Source: a virus
Virus record (IMG/VR): IMGVR_UViG_3300025128_000015
Coordinates: 125,595 to 189,594 of that record
Reading direction: 5' to 3' (one strand)
Length of the DNA: 64,000 bases
Numbering within the stretch: the first letter of the stretch is position 1; every line of letters starts with the position of its first letter. Below are positions 26,288-35,689 of this stretch, piece after piece. A program made the position numbers and the translations under genes. The notes under the pieces are model-generated. The model saw nothing but the letters and a program-made list of their open reading frames with translations, was not told where the DNA came from and made no database searches.

Positions 26288-27934
26288 ATGCCTAAAAAAA
26301 TTAATTTTCCAATTCACAACGGACCAAAGAAAGTCCGTGGCCGCATCAATAAGACTTTAGGCAATAATGAATTACGTGATTATCTGAGTTCAAAAAAAGA
26401 AACAGGAAAGTCTCAATTTTCTGAAATCATTCCACAACTTATTGATTATAAGAAGATCGATAATCCAAAAGTTCTCTTAATCGGTCCATGTATCACTATT
26501 CCAAAGTACATGCAAAAGAGATGCATTCCACCCCTTGGAATTAGCTATGTGGCGGCTTCTCTAGAGAAAGCGGGCATTGATGTGGATATACTCGATCTAT
26601 GCGTTGAGGGGTGGTCTACGGAGCGATATAACGGCAATCTGGTTACATATGGTAAACCTCCACAAGAAATTGTTGATCAATTGAAAGAAAAACAATACGA
26701 TATCGTTGGATTGTCTGTCTTATTTTCGACTGACTTGCCAAATTTATATGAAACAACACAAGTTGTCAAAGAGGCTTTACCAAATTCTTTAGTTATAGTT
26801 GGAGGATTACATCCAACCATTTATCCAAAAGAAATAGTAGATCTAGATCTTGAATATAATAAAGAGAAAACAGTCGATTTTATTATACGTGGCGAAGGCG
26901 AGTTTAGATTTGTTGATTTTATTAATAATCTAAAAGAAGGCAAACTTGATATAAACGCTGATGGTCTTGTTGGTTTTATAGAAGACGAGTTATTTATTAA
27001 TTCACAAATAGATAACATTGAAGACATTGATGAAATTCCATTCCCGGCGTTTCATATGTTACCAATGGAAAAATACTTTGAGATTAATATTCCTTTCTCA
27101 CCAGTTCCACAAGGAGAAAGAGTCCTTCCAATGTTGACGACGAGAGGGTGTCCAGTCGGATGCTCTTTTTGTGCCAATACAAATACTTGGAAAAAACATA
27201 GAAAGCGATCAATTGAAAACATTATGGAAGAAGTTCGTCTTCTAAAAGAAAGATATAATATTGATGAATTGCAGTTTGCAGATGATAATTTGACTTATGA
27301 TATGGTTTATGCTTCTGAAAAGTTCAAAGCTCTTAAAGAAGAAAACTTGCTTTGGTGTACACCTAATGGTACAATGATTAATAAACTATCTGAGGACATT
27401 ATCGAACTAATGGCTGCTTCTGGGATGTATCAAATTACACTGTCCTTAGATAGCGCCAACACTAGAACATTGAAAGAGCTACATCACAAACCAGTAAACT
27501 TAAACTCAATTCCAGGTCTGATTAAAAAATGCAGAGAGCTTGAAGTATTTACACACGGTACATTAGTTGTTGGTATGCCCTCGGAAACGTTAGAAGAAAT
27601 ATTAGACGGATTTGAATATATTAAGAACGAATTAAGCTTTACCAGTATATCTACATTTATCGCCGCGGCCATTCCAGGATCAGAATTGTATCATGATATG
27701 CTGGAACAAGGGAAAGTAACTAAAAAAGCAGCTAGAGAAATTGATACAACAAAGTCAAAAATCTTGCTATCTAATTTAAATCCAAAACAACTAGAAGCCG
27801 CAATAGAAAAATTTCAAACAGATTTTCTAAATATCGTTAAAAAAAGAGACCCGGAAGAGTATAATAGGAAATATAAAAAACTAATCAAATCTGGCCGTTG
27901 GGATGAGAATCAGTGTGGCGGAAAACTAACTTAA
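26288..27934 (+). CDS. B12-binding radical SAM protein
   Basis: PPLGISYVAASL, VGGLHPT, IIRGEGE (cobalamin domain); TTRGCPVGCSFC; FADDNLT. Confidence 0.9.
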   Translation: MPKKINFPIHNGPKKVRGRINKTLGNNELRDYLSSKKETGKSQFSEIIPQLIDYKKIDNPKVLLIGPCITIPKYMQKRCIPPLGISYVAASLEKAGIDVDILDLCVEGWSTERYNGNLVTYGKPPQEIVDQLKEKQYDIVGLSVLFSTDLPNLYETTQVVKEALPNSLVIVGGLHPTIYPKEIVDLDLEYNKEKTVDFIIRGEGEFRFVDFINNLKEGKLDINADGLVGFIEDELFINSQIDNIEDIDEIPFPAFHMLPMEKYFEINIPFSPVPQGERVLPMLTTRGCPVGCSFCANTNTWKKHRKRSIENIMEEVRLLKERYNIDELQFADDNLTYDMVYASEKFKALKEENLLWCTPNGTMINKLSEDIIELMAASGMYQITLSLDSANTRTLKELHHKPVNLNSIPGLIKKCRELEVFTHGTLVVGMPSETLEEILDGFEYIKNELSFTSISTFIAAAIPGSELYHDMLEQGKVTKKAAREIDTTKSKILLSNLNPKQLEAAIEKFQTDFLNIVKKRDPEEYNRKYKKLIKSGRWDENQCGGKLT

Positions 27935-27943
27935 GGAATAAAA

Positions 27944-28609
27944 ATGACAAAAGATGAAGCAGAAAGATATAAACTTGGCAAGGTGCACAAGCATTTTTGG
28001 GATCAAGTAGTACACGAGTTTTGGGATAAAACTGGAATCGATGAAGATAACGCAACAGAAGCTTTATTTAAAGTTGATGATTGTTTGAAACAAAAAGGGT
28101 TAAAATATTGGCTATGCTATGGAACTGCACTGGGTTTTTACAGAGACGGAAACTTTATTCCTTGGGATGATGATATTGACATTCACACAGTTGCTAGTGA
28201 TTATGAAGCTGTATTTGATGAAATAAAAAAGATCTTTATTGAGAATGGTTTTATCGTCCGTGCAGTAAAAAGAGATTATTCAAGCAAGATGTCGCTTTTC
28301 TATAAAAAAATTAAAATACAAATTCAAGGTATTTACGAAACAGACGATGAGCCAGATATGATTCAAACAAAATTGTTTAAGTATCCAAAAAAGTTTTATT
28401 ATGACAAGGCAGAAAAATACAATTATAAAGGAAGAGACTTTTTATTACCAGGACCTGCTAATGAATATTTAACATTCTGTTATGATGAAAGCTGGAATAA
28501 GCCGCAAAACTTGTCTGATTGGAGAGATTATATGAATATCGATCAAATAAAGGACGCTAATTGGAGAATCTCTCTTGTCAATCATAACGCTAATAAAAAG
28601 AATAAGTAA
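27944..28609 (+). CDS. LicD-family nucleotidyl/phosphotransferase
   Basis: WLCYGTALGFYRDGNFIPWDDDIDI. Confidence 0.85.
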   Translation: MTKDEAERYKLGKVHKHFWDQVVHEFWDKTGIDEDNATEALFKVDDCLKQKGLKYWLCYGTALGFYRDGNFIPWDDDIDIHTVASDYEAVFDEIKKIFIENGFIVRAVKRDYSSKMSLFYKKIKIQIQGIYETDDEPDMIQTKLFKYPKKFYYDKAEKYNYKGRDFLLPGPANEYLTFCYDESWNKPQNLSDWRDYMNIDQIKDANWRISLVNHNANKKNK

Positions 28610-28624
28610 AAGGAAAAAGAAGAA

Positions 28625-29413
28625 ATGACTAAATCTTACCAAAAAGAAGTAGACAGATTAGAGAAAAAATATGGTTTGAAGTTTGTAGCACCGACTGTAA
28701 ACTTAATATCTTATCCTAAATCCGGAAGAACTTGGCTTAGGATGATGCTAGCTAAATTTATGACACTGGGATTTCCAGATGCAAACACAGAAGAAAATGA
28801 GATATTTCCAGCTTTACACGATGATTATAAAAGCTTCAAAAAAAGATACGGAAAAGACTTTAAAGAATTAAATGTTGTTTTTTTACACCGACACCCAGGA
28901 GATGTGGCCATATCTTATTTCTTAGAGAAAAGAACTAGCATCCGCTCTGGACCAGGTTATAATGGCACTATAAGTGATTATATTCGCTCTGAGGAACATG
29001 GAATAAAAAGCATTATTGAGTATAATAACAAGTGGATGGAAAAGGGAGGAAACTTTAATCAATTTGTGAGTATCCCTTATTACATGCTTCACAAGAATCC
29101 TATCATAAGCTTAGGCTTTATATCAAACATGCTTGGCATCAAGCCGTCGAGCGAAAAAGTTATAGAGACGCTAAAAGAAGCTATTGAATATTCTTCATAT
29201 GATAATATGAAAAAGATAGAAGCTGGAGAAGGTGAGAACTTGCTTAAAAAATACAAAGGAAACTTTGGTGTAGGATCTGGCAGAGTCAACATGGGCAAAT
29301 ATAATAACTATGCCAACCTCTTAACAGAAGAAGATACAGAATACGTCAATTCTTGTATGGAAAAATATAGTACAATAAAATACAATTATGACGAGGAAAG
29401 TGAAGATAAATGA
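28625..29413 (+). CDS. PAPS-dependent sulfotransferase
   Basis: LISYPKSGRTWLRMML, LHRHPGDVAISY, YSSYDNMKK. Confidence 0.82.
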   Translation: MTKSYQKEVDRLEKKYGLKFVAPTVNLISYPKSGRTWLRMMLAKFMTLGFPDANTEENEIFPALHDDYKSFKKRYGKDFKELNVVFLHRHPGDVAISYFLEKRTSIRSGPGYNGTISDYIRSEEHGIKSIIEYNNKWMEKGGNFNQFVSIPYYMLHKNPIISLGFISNMLGIKPSSEKVIETLKEAIEYSSYDNMKKIEAGEGENLLKKYKGNFGVGSGRVNMGKYNNYANLLTEEDTEYVNSCMEKYSTIKYNYDEESEDK

Positions 29414-30357
29414 TTTATAGAAAAGAAGTGGACGGCTTTAATTGGATCTTGAACGTTTCTGATGGAGGTATCGGCGCCACACTCTACAATGCCAAATCAC
29501 CAGGCAAAGATTATAATTTTGCCAGAGAATCTGTTTTCATGCAGCTATTAGACACCACAATTAAAGAAGGTATGACTTGTATTGATTTGGGCGCTAACAT
29601 AGGCTATGCAACGATGTTTATGCTAAGAAACGTTGGTGACCCCGGAACGGTTTATGCAATCGAGCCTGATCCTCACAACCTTCGAATGCTTAAAATTAAT
29701 CTGGCCGAAAATGGTTATAATGTTAAGTGCGAGAAAACACAGTGTCTTATATCAGATAAGGACGGTAAGAACGAATTCTGGATTGCTCGACATCCAAATT
29801 TAAACAGTGTGAAGAAAACAAAACACAGTATCCGTCGTGAAATAATCGATTGTTTTACTTTAGAGACTTTCTGTTCTACAAGGAAGTATCCTAATTTTAT
29901 TAAGATGGATATTGAAGGGCACGAAGTAAGTGTCTTTGAGGGCGCTTACAATTACTTTAAAGAAAACGATGGCGAGACACATATCTTATTAGAAGTTCAT
30001 CCTCAATATTATGATGAGAACAACGACTTTGCCGCAATACTAGAAAAGTACTACGACATTGGATTTAAGATTAAATATCTTGTTTCCACACCAGTTCAAT
30101 CGCCGGCACCGTTTATAAATCGAGGATACAAACCTATTACAATGGGAACTCTTTCCGATTCAGGGAAGACTTTCAATGCCGTTCGAACTGATGGGTGGAT
30201 CCGCCAAATATATGAAAATGTTAAAAAGGAAGACGCTATTGAGTTAGCTTGTAAACTTCAGCCTCCTTTTTATAAAGTTCAAAGACCAGGCGCCAACTGG
30301 GAAACAAAAGGTGGAAAAGTTGTTCGAAGTATAATGGTTTCAAGGGAGAAACAATAA
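29410..30357 (+). CDS. FkbM-family SAM methyltransferase
   Basis: CIDLGANIGYAT, VYAIEPD, FIKMDIEGHE. Confidence 0.85.
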   Translation: MIYRKEVDGFNWILNVSDGGIGATLYNAKSPGKDYNFARESVFMQLLDTTIKEGMTCIDLGANIGYATMFMLRNVGDPGTVYAIEPDPHNLRMLKINLAENGYNVKCEKTQCLISDKDGKNEFWIARHPNLNSVKKTKHSIRREIIDCFTLETFCSTRKYPNFIKMDIEGHEVSVFEGAYNYFKENDGETHILLEVHPQYYDENNDFAAILEKYYDIGFKIKYLVSTPVQSPAPFINRGYKPITMGTLSDSGKTFNAVRTDGWIRQIYENVKKEDAIELACKLQPPFYKVQRPGANWETKGGKVVRSIMVSREKQ

Positions 30358-30358
30358 G

Positions 30359-30979
30359 ATGATAAAAGTTAATTTATATTATGGAAATGATCATGGGGGA
30401 GAAGAGGTGGAATTCGAATTTAAAGATGGTTCTGTTGCTATTGACTGTGGCGCTAACGTAGGTCAAGTAACACACTTTCTTTCAGAAGCAGGATTTGAAA
30501 AAGTATACTCATTTGAACCAAATCTTTATGCATTTAATATATTGCAAAAAAGATTTGCAGATAACCCCAAAGTTGAATGCATGCCAAAAGCGGTCACGAA
30601 CTCTTCAAAATCAGGACCAGGAAAATTATATTTTCACAAAAAAGCAAATCAAGATCAGGTAAAATATTCTACAGGAAGTTCGACTGCTTCTGACAAACAC
30701 AATGTTGATGAAAATAATTTTATGGTTGTAGAGATGGTGGGCATTGGTGATTTTATTAAAAGTTTAGATAGACCAGTAGGAATGTTAAAAATTGATGTTG
30801 AAGGTACTGAAGCAGATATTTTAAATGATTTATTTGACTCTGGGCTTGTTAATGAGATCGGTCAAATATTTGTTGAAACTCATGAAAGAAAAGTACCTTC
30901 ATCACAAAACGATATGAAATTGATAAGAGAGAGAATAGAGAAAGAAGGAATTAAAAATATCCATCTAGAATGGGAATAA
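30359..30979 (+). CDS. FkbM-family SAM methyltransferase
   Basis: AIDCGANVG, YSFEPN, MLKIDVEGTE, IFVETH. Confidence 0.85.
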   Translation: MIKVNLYYGNDHGGEEVEFEFKDGSVAIDCGANVGQVTHFLSEAGFEKVYSFEPNLYAFNILQKRFADNPKVECMPKAVTNSSKSGPGKLYFHKKANQDQVKYSTGSSTASDKHNVDENNFMVVEMVGIGDFIKSLDRPVGMLKIDVEGTEADILNDLFDSGLVNEIGQIFVETHERKVPSSQNDMKLIRERIEKEGIKNIHLEWE

Positions 30980-30982
30980 AAT

Positions 30983-31714
30983 ATGATCAACACAAGGAAA
31001 AGAAATATAGCAAAAGCATCCAGTTGGAAAACTTTAGGATTCATCACTCTTTCAGTATTAACGTATTTGATAACTGGCTCTCTAAAACAAATGACATATA
31101 TTGCAATACTATATCATCTTAGTATGTTGGTTGCTTATATATTTCACGAGCGTCTTTGGGATAAGATAAGATGGGGAAAAACTAAAGGACTGGCCATACA
31201 ATTGACAGGTATGTCTGGAGCCGGAAAAAGCACTCTAACAAAGCTAGTATCTCAACGCCTGAAGAAAAGAGGGTTGTTAGTTGAACTAATTGACGGAGAT
31301 GAATACAGAGCAAACTTATGCAATGATCTTGGCTTCTCAAAAGAAGACAGAAACACCAATATTCGTCGTTTGGGGTTCGTAAGCAAAGTATTGTCGAGAA
31401 ATAATGTGATCACAATTATAGCTGCAATTAATCCTTATGAAGAAATTAGGAAAGAATTGATTGCAAAAGATAAGAATCTTAAGACAGTTTACATAAAATG
31501 CGATGTTGAACAATTAATCGAAAGAGATGTAAAGGGACTTTATAAGAAAGCTTTGCTTCCAGATGGACATCCAGATAAGGTTTATAACTTTACTGGTATA
31601 TCAGATCCATTTGAAGAGCCTACAAATCCGGATTTAGTTATAAATACTGCTGAACAAACAGTAGAGAAATCTGTTAAAGTACTAGAACAATATATTTTAA
31701 GAGAGATTTCATGA
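30983..31714 (+). CDS. cysC: Adenylyl-sulfate kinase with N-terminal DUF2061-like membrane domain
   Basis: LTGMSGAGKST, IDGDEYR, LGFSKEDRNTNIRR, RDVKGLY, FTGISDPFEEP; N-terminus KASSWK…YIFHERLWDKIRWG. Confidence 0.88.
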   Translation: MINTRKRNIAKASSWKTLGFITLSVLTYLITGSLKQMTYIAILYHLSMLVAYIFHERLWDKIRWGKTKGLAIQLTGMSGAGKSTLTKLVSQRLKKRGLLVELIDGDEYRANLCNDLGFSKEDRNTNIRRLGFVSKVLSRNNVITIIAAINPYEEIRKELIAKDKNLKTVYIKCDVEQLIERDVKGLYKKALLPDGHPDKVYNFTGISDPFEEPTNPDLVINTAEQTVEKSVKVLEQYILREIS

Positions 31715-32094
31715 AAGAAGTAGATAATCATTATAAAGCGGCCACATTGGCGATTGATTTTGACGGTGTGGTACACAAATATTCCAAAGGATTTCAAGGT
31801 TTACAGGACGCCTACGACGTTCCAAACGAAGGTACAAGGGAAGCCTTGGAAGAGCTTATAAAACGCGGTTTTAGGCTTATTATTGTGTCTTCTAGACCTG
31901 TTCCTGTCATTAATGAGTGGTTAAAAAAGTATGATATGGCTAAATATTTCGAAGAAGTGACGAATATTAAACGTCCAGCTAGCTTTTATATCGATGATCA
32001 CGCTCTATATTTTAATAAAAATCTTGAAAATCCTTGGCAAAAGGTCTTAGATGTGGTAAAAACGCCAAAGAAAAAGGAAGAAAAGAATGGCTAG
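31711..32094 (+). CDS. HAD-superfamily hydrolase
   Basis: AIDFDGVVH, IIVSSR, K…YIDD. Confidence 0.75.
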   Translation: MKEVDNHYKAATLAIDFDGVVHKYSKGFQGLQDAYDVPNEGTREALEELIKRGFRLIIVSSRPVPVINEWLKKYDMAKYFEEVTNIKRPASFYIDDHALYFNKNLENPWQKVLDVVKTPKKKEEKNG

Positions 32095-32980
32095 ATGCTT
32101 AGTAACCGGCCATAAGGGCTATATTGGCGCCCATTTGGTGAAAAAATTAGAAGAATTAGGACACGAAGTTTTAGGTATCGACCTTCAAGGTGAAAATGGT
32201 AAGGATATCAACAGCTTACAAGGTTTAATAGAAGATGAAACCGGCAAATTTCACCCTCATTATTGGAATTTTAAGCCAGAATATGTATTTCATATGGCAT
32301 GTTTTCCAAGAGTTGCGTACAGTGTTGAAAATCCAGTATTAACAATGAAGAACAACGTTATGGTTGGTGCACATGTACTTAATTTTGCCAGAAAAGTTGG
32401 TGCTAAAAGAGTTATTTATTCTAGTTCATCATCAATCTCTGGTAATGGACGAGGACCGGAAAGTCCTTATGCTCTTCAAAAGATGGTTACAGAGCTAGAA
32501 TGTAAGCTATACAATCAATTGTATGGGCTTGATACTGTTTCACTAAGATATTTTAACGTATACTCAGAAGATCAAGAAACTAACGGCTCGTATGGCACAG
32601 CAATTGCCAATTGGATGCAAGCCATACGAGATAATACAGTGCCTTATATTACAGGAGATGGTGAGCAAAGAAGAGATATGGTTCACGTAGATGATGTGGT
32701 GTCTGCAAATATTTTTGCAATGAATTTTGATAGTTATAATTTCTGTGGAGAGATTTACGATATCGGCACCGGTCAAAATATTTCTTTGAATGAAATTAAA
32801 AATATTGTTAATAAACACCACCCAAAAATTACATTTGATTATGTTGAGCCAAGACCTGGAGACGTTGCTAGAACAAAGGCAGGCATTCGCAAACTAAAAA
32901 ACATTGGTTGGTCTGCAGCCATATCTATTGAAGATGGTATTGATAGTTGTTTTAAGGAGCTTAAGAATGAATTATCCTAG
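32087..32980 (+). CDS. NAD-dependent epimerase/dehydratase
   Basis: VTGHKGYIG, YSSSS, SPYALQK (YxxxK), LRYFNVY, RDMVHVDDV, PRPGD. Confidence 0.9.
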   Translation: MARCLVTGHKGYIGAHLVKKLEELGHEVLGIDLQGENGKDINSLQGLIEDETGKFHPHYWNFKPEYVFHMACFPRVAYSVENPVLTMKNNVMVGAHVLNFARKVGAKRVIYSSSSSISGNGRGPESPYALQKMVTELECKLYNQLYGLDTVSLRYFNVYSEDQETNGSYGTAIANWMQAIRDNTVPYITGDGEQRRDMVHVDDVVSANIFAMNFDSYNFCGEIYDIGTGQNISLNEIKNIVNKHHPKITFDYVEPRPGDVARTKAGIRKLKNIGWSAAISIEDGIDSCFKELKNELS

Positions 32981-33827
32981 CTATGGCACAGATAATATAG
33001 GAATAATCGGCCAAGGATTTGTTGGCACCGCTCTACGTGAGGGTCTCAAAAATACATTTGCTGTTGAAACATATGATAGATTTGTAAAAGAAAAATCAAC
33101 TTGCGAATCTTTAGAAGAATTATGTGATAAAACTTTTATCTTATTTTTGTGCCTTCCAACACCTATGAGAAAAGATGGTTCGTGTGATCTATCAATTTTA
33201 GAAGGTGTGGTAGAACAAGTAAATTCAATCTCAACAGGAGATCATATTCTTGTCGTTAAATCCACAGTTCCGCCAGGGACAACTAAAAGCTTTAATGATA
33301 AGTACAAGAATGTAAAAGTTGTGTTCTCACCAGAATTTCTAACAGAAGCAAACAGTATTGATGATTTCAAGAATCAAACTAGAATCATTGTAGGCGGACC
33401 TCGCCCTGCTTCGACGATTGTTAAGAACATGTTTAGAATCGCATTTCCAAAAATACCTATTATTAAAACTGGATCAAACACTGCTGAAATGGTTAAGTAT
33501 TTTACGAATTGCGTCTTGGCAACAAAGGTTAGCTTTGCGAATGAAATGAAACAAATTTGTGACAAAGCAGATATTGATTATGATAAAGTTGTTGAGTACG
33601 CTCTTTATGATGAGAGAGTTGGGAGAACCCATCTTTCATCGCCGGGACCCGATGGACGTTTGGGTTTCGGCGGCTCATGCTTTCCGAAAGATATTAACGC
33701 ACTGATTCATTTTGCCAATGAGGCAGGCGTAGCACCACTAGTATTAGATGCCGTGTGGAAGAAGAATTTAGAAGTCCGACCAGAAAAAGATTGGGAAAAT
33801 CTTAAAGGTCGAGCTGTAAGTGAATAA
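32967..33827 (+). CDS. ugd: UDP-glucose/GDP-mannose 6-dehydrogenase family protein
   Basis: GIIGQGFVG, CLPTP, KSTVPPGT, FSPEFL, AEMVKYFTN, GFGGSCFPKD; start moved from 32904 to ATG 32967 (SD AAGGAG); C-terminal domain short. Confidence 0.85.
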   Translation: MNYPSYGTDNIGIIGQGFVGTALREGLKNTFAVETYDRFVKEKSTCESLEELCDKTFILFLCLPTPMRKDGSCDLSILEGVVEQVNSISTGDHILVVKSTVPPGTTKSFNDKYKNVKVVFSPEFLTEANSIDDFKNQTRIIVGGPRPASTIVKNMFRIAFPKIPIIKTGSNTAEMVKYFTNCVLATKVSFANEMKQICDKADIDYDKVVEYALYDERVGRTHLSSPGPDGRLGFGGSCFPKDINALIHFANEAGVAPLVLDAVWKKNLEVRPEKDWENLKGRAVSE

Positions 33828-33839
33828 AAGGAGAATATA

Positions 33840-34061
33840 ATGACTATAACAAATTTTCAAGAAATGAAATTATCCAATCATGCTGTTGGCACCTTGATGA
33901 TGTGTCTGCAAAAATGTTTATTGGAACAAAGCGATATCACCAATATTTTAGGTGATTTAATATTCCTAGAAAAAGATGGTGAGCTTGTTTGCAAAAATCC
34001 GCCACTAGTAAAATTTGAGCAAAATACAGTCGAAGATGACTACGACGATAACGAGTTTTAA
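33840..34061 (+). CDS. Hypothetical protein
   Basis: SD AAGGAG. Confidence 0.6.
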   Translation: MTITNFQEMKLSNHAVGTLMMCLQKCLLEQSDITNILGDLIFLEKDGELVCKNPPLVKFEQNTVEDDYDDNEF

Positions 34062-34064
34062 AAT

Positions 34065-34334
34065 ATGCCTCGTTATACATATGAATGCGAGACATGCAAA
34101 GAAGTATTTGATTTAGTTCATTCAATGAGTCACAAGCCCGAACAGCGCGATGAATGCAAAGATGAATGTGAGTTAAATAAAGTGCCGGCCAAGTTAACAA
34201 TTTTAAATTCTAAGTCTGACGAAGCCGGCAATAAAGTTGGAACTGTTGTTAAAGACTCGATTGAAGAGTTTCGACAGGACTTAAAGAAAGAAAAGAAGCG
34301 CTTAAAGAGCGCAATGTATAAGGAAAATGATTAG
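34065..34334 (+). CDS. FmdB-type zinc-ribbon protein
   Basis: MPRYTYECETC…ECKDEC. Confidence 0.7.
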   Translation: MPRYTYECETCKEVFDLVHSMSHKPEQRDECKDECELNKVPAKLTILNSKSDEAGNKVGTVVKDSIEEFRQDLKKEKKRLKSAMYKEND

Positions 34335-34734
34335 ATATTTATTAATAGCATCAGCACTTTTTAATTGTGTATTGATAATGACACTTACCGGTATAATACC
34401 ATTTTTATTATTTCTATCGGCGTGTCTTAATATTGTATTCATTTGGTATATTAAAACTTTATTGGACCAAATGAACGACATTAATGATGATATCGAAGAA
34501 ATGTTTAGTACATTCGATGACTTTACGAAGCACGTAGAAAGGGTCTACCAATTAGAATTATTCTATGGCGATGACACACTGGAATCTGTAATCAATCACT
34601 CTAGAGACGTTTTAGACGAGATAAACGAGTATAGACAGAAATTTTATTTAGATGGCGAAATTGTAGATCCAGATTTGTTAGAAGACAATAAGGAAGAAGA
34701 TTTTGACACAGAGGAAAAAGAAGAAGAGCAATAG
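34327..34734 (+). CDS. Membrane-anchored coiled-coil protein
   Basis: About 40 hydrophobic N-terminal residues followed by acidic heptads. Confidence 0.6.
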   Translation: MIRYLLIASALFNCVLIMTLTGIIPFLLFLSACLNIVFIWYIKTLLDQMNDINDDIEEMFSTFDDFTKHVERVYQLELFYGDDTLESVINHSRDVLDEINEYRQKFYLDGEIVDPDLLEDNKEEDFDTEEKEEEQ

Positions 34735-35392
34735 GTATTTTACTCAAGAGCATGAAGATGCGATTGTAAATTACGCTCTAACTGATGATTTAAAAATAAG
34801 AACTGAATTATACGGAAGATGGATCGGACCTGCGTTTGACCAAATGGTCGATAAGATTGTATACACTTATAAGTTTACAAACTTGCCCAATATTGAATCG
34901 CTCAAAGACGAGTGCAAAGTTTGGTTAACAACAATATTGGATAAATTTGAACCATCGAAAGGATCAAAAGCGTTCTCATACTTCAGTGTGATCACCAAGA
35001 ATTGGTTTATTCACAAGGTTAAGAAAAATACAAAAATGCTTCAACGAGAGGTACAATATGATATTTTGCCTGTTGATGTAGAAAAGAAATATATGGTAAC
35101 TTATAATCCATATGAAAAAGACCGTGAAGAATTTGAATTTTGGTTTTTATTAAACAAAGAAATCGATAAGTGGGAAAATCTCAAACTAAAAGAGAAAGAA
35201 CAAAAAGTTTTAAATGCAATTAGGATATTGATGGAAAGTGTTGACGAAATAGAAATTTTTAATAAAAAAGCTATTTACCTATACATGAGAGAAATTACCG
35301 GTCTCAACACAAAACAGATCGTTAATAATCTAAATAAAATAAGGTCTAAGTATAAACAATTTAAGAAAGATTGGGAAAATGGAAAAATCTAA
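34703..35392 (+). CDS. Putative phage sigma-like (late) transcription factor
   Basis: YFTQEHEDAIVNY…KFEPSKGSKAFSYFSVITKNWFI resembles region 2 of gp55-type phage sigma factors (AF-x-YF); C-terminal helix-turn-helix EITGLNTKQI; TTG start. Confidence 0.55.
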   Translation: MTQRKKKKSNRYFTQEHEDAIVNYALTDDLKIRTELYGRWIGPAFDQMVDKIVYTYKFTNLPNIESLKDECKVWLTTILDKFEPSKGSKAFSYFSVITKNWFIHKVKKNTKMLQREVQYDILPVDVEKKYMVTYNPYEKDREEFEFWFLLNKEIDKWENLKLKEKEQKVLNAIRILMESVDEIEIFNKKAIYLYMREITGLNTKQIVNNLNKIRSKYKQFKKDWENGKI

Positions 35393-35687
35393 AAAAGAAA
35401 AAGTCGACGTTAATAACTGCATACAGGATGCAATTGAGAATATCAATAATGATAGAGCAATTGCCATGACTCTTTTGCAAGACTTAATGCAATATTTAAG
35501 AGGTCAAGAAGAAAGGCATCAAACTGTCGGCCACGTAGCTGCAAAATATTTAGAGACACTACAGCGCTCAAATGAGCAATTAGTTAAAATTTCCTCCTTA
35601 GTACACAAAAAAACGAGTGATAATTTTAAATTAACCGGTGGCGACAAAGATGAGATATATTCTTTAATAAGTCAACAAGAGGAGTAA
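35379..35687 (+). CDS. Hypothetical helical protein
   Basis: Coupled ORF. Confidence 0.55.
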   Translation: MEKSKKEKVDVNNCIQDAIENINNDRAIAMTLLQDLMQYLRGQEERHQTVGHVAAKYLETLQRSNEQLVKISSLVHKKTSDNFKLTGGDKDEIYSLISQQEE

Positions 35688-35689
35688 TT

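Noticed and set aside
7751-27934. Cys-rich peptide plus B12-radical SAM as a single RiPP cluster
   Set aside because: They are about 18 kb apart and the radical SAM is embedded in a glycan operon; there is no peptidase, transporter or RRE next to the peptide.
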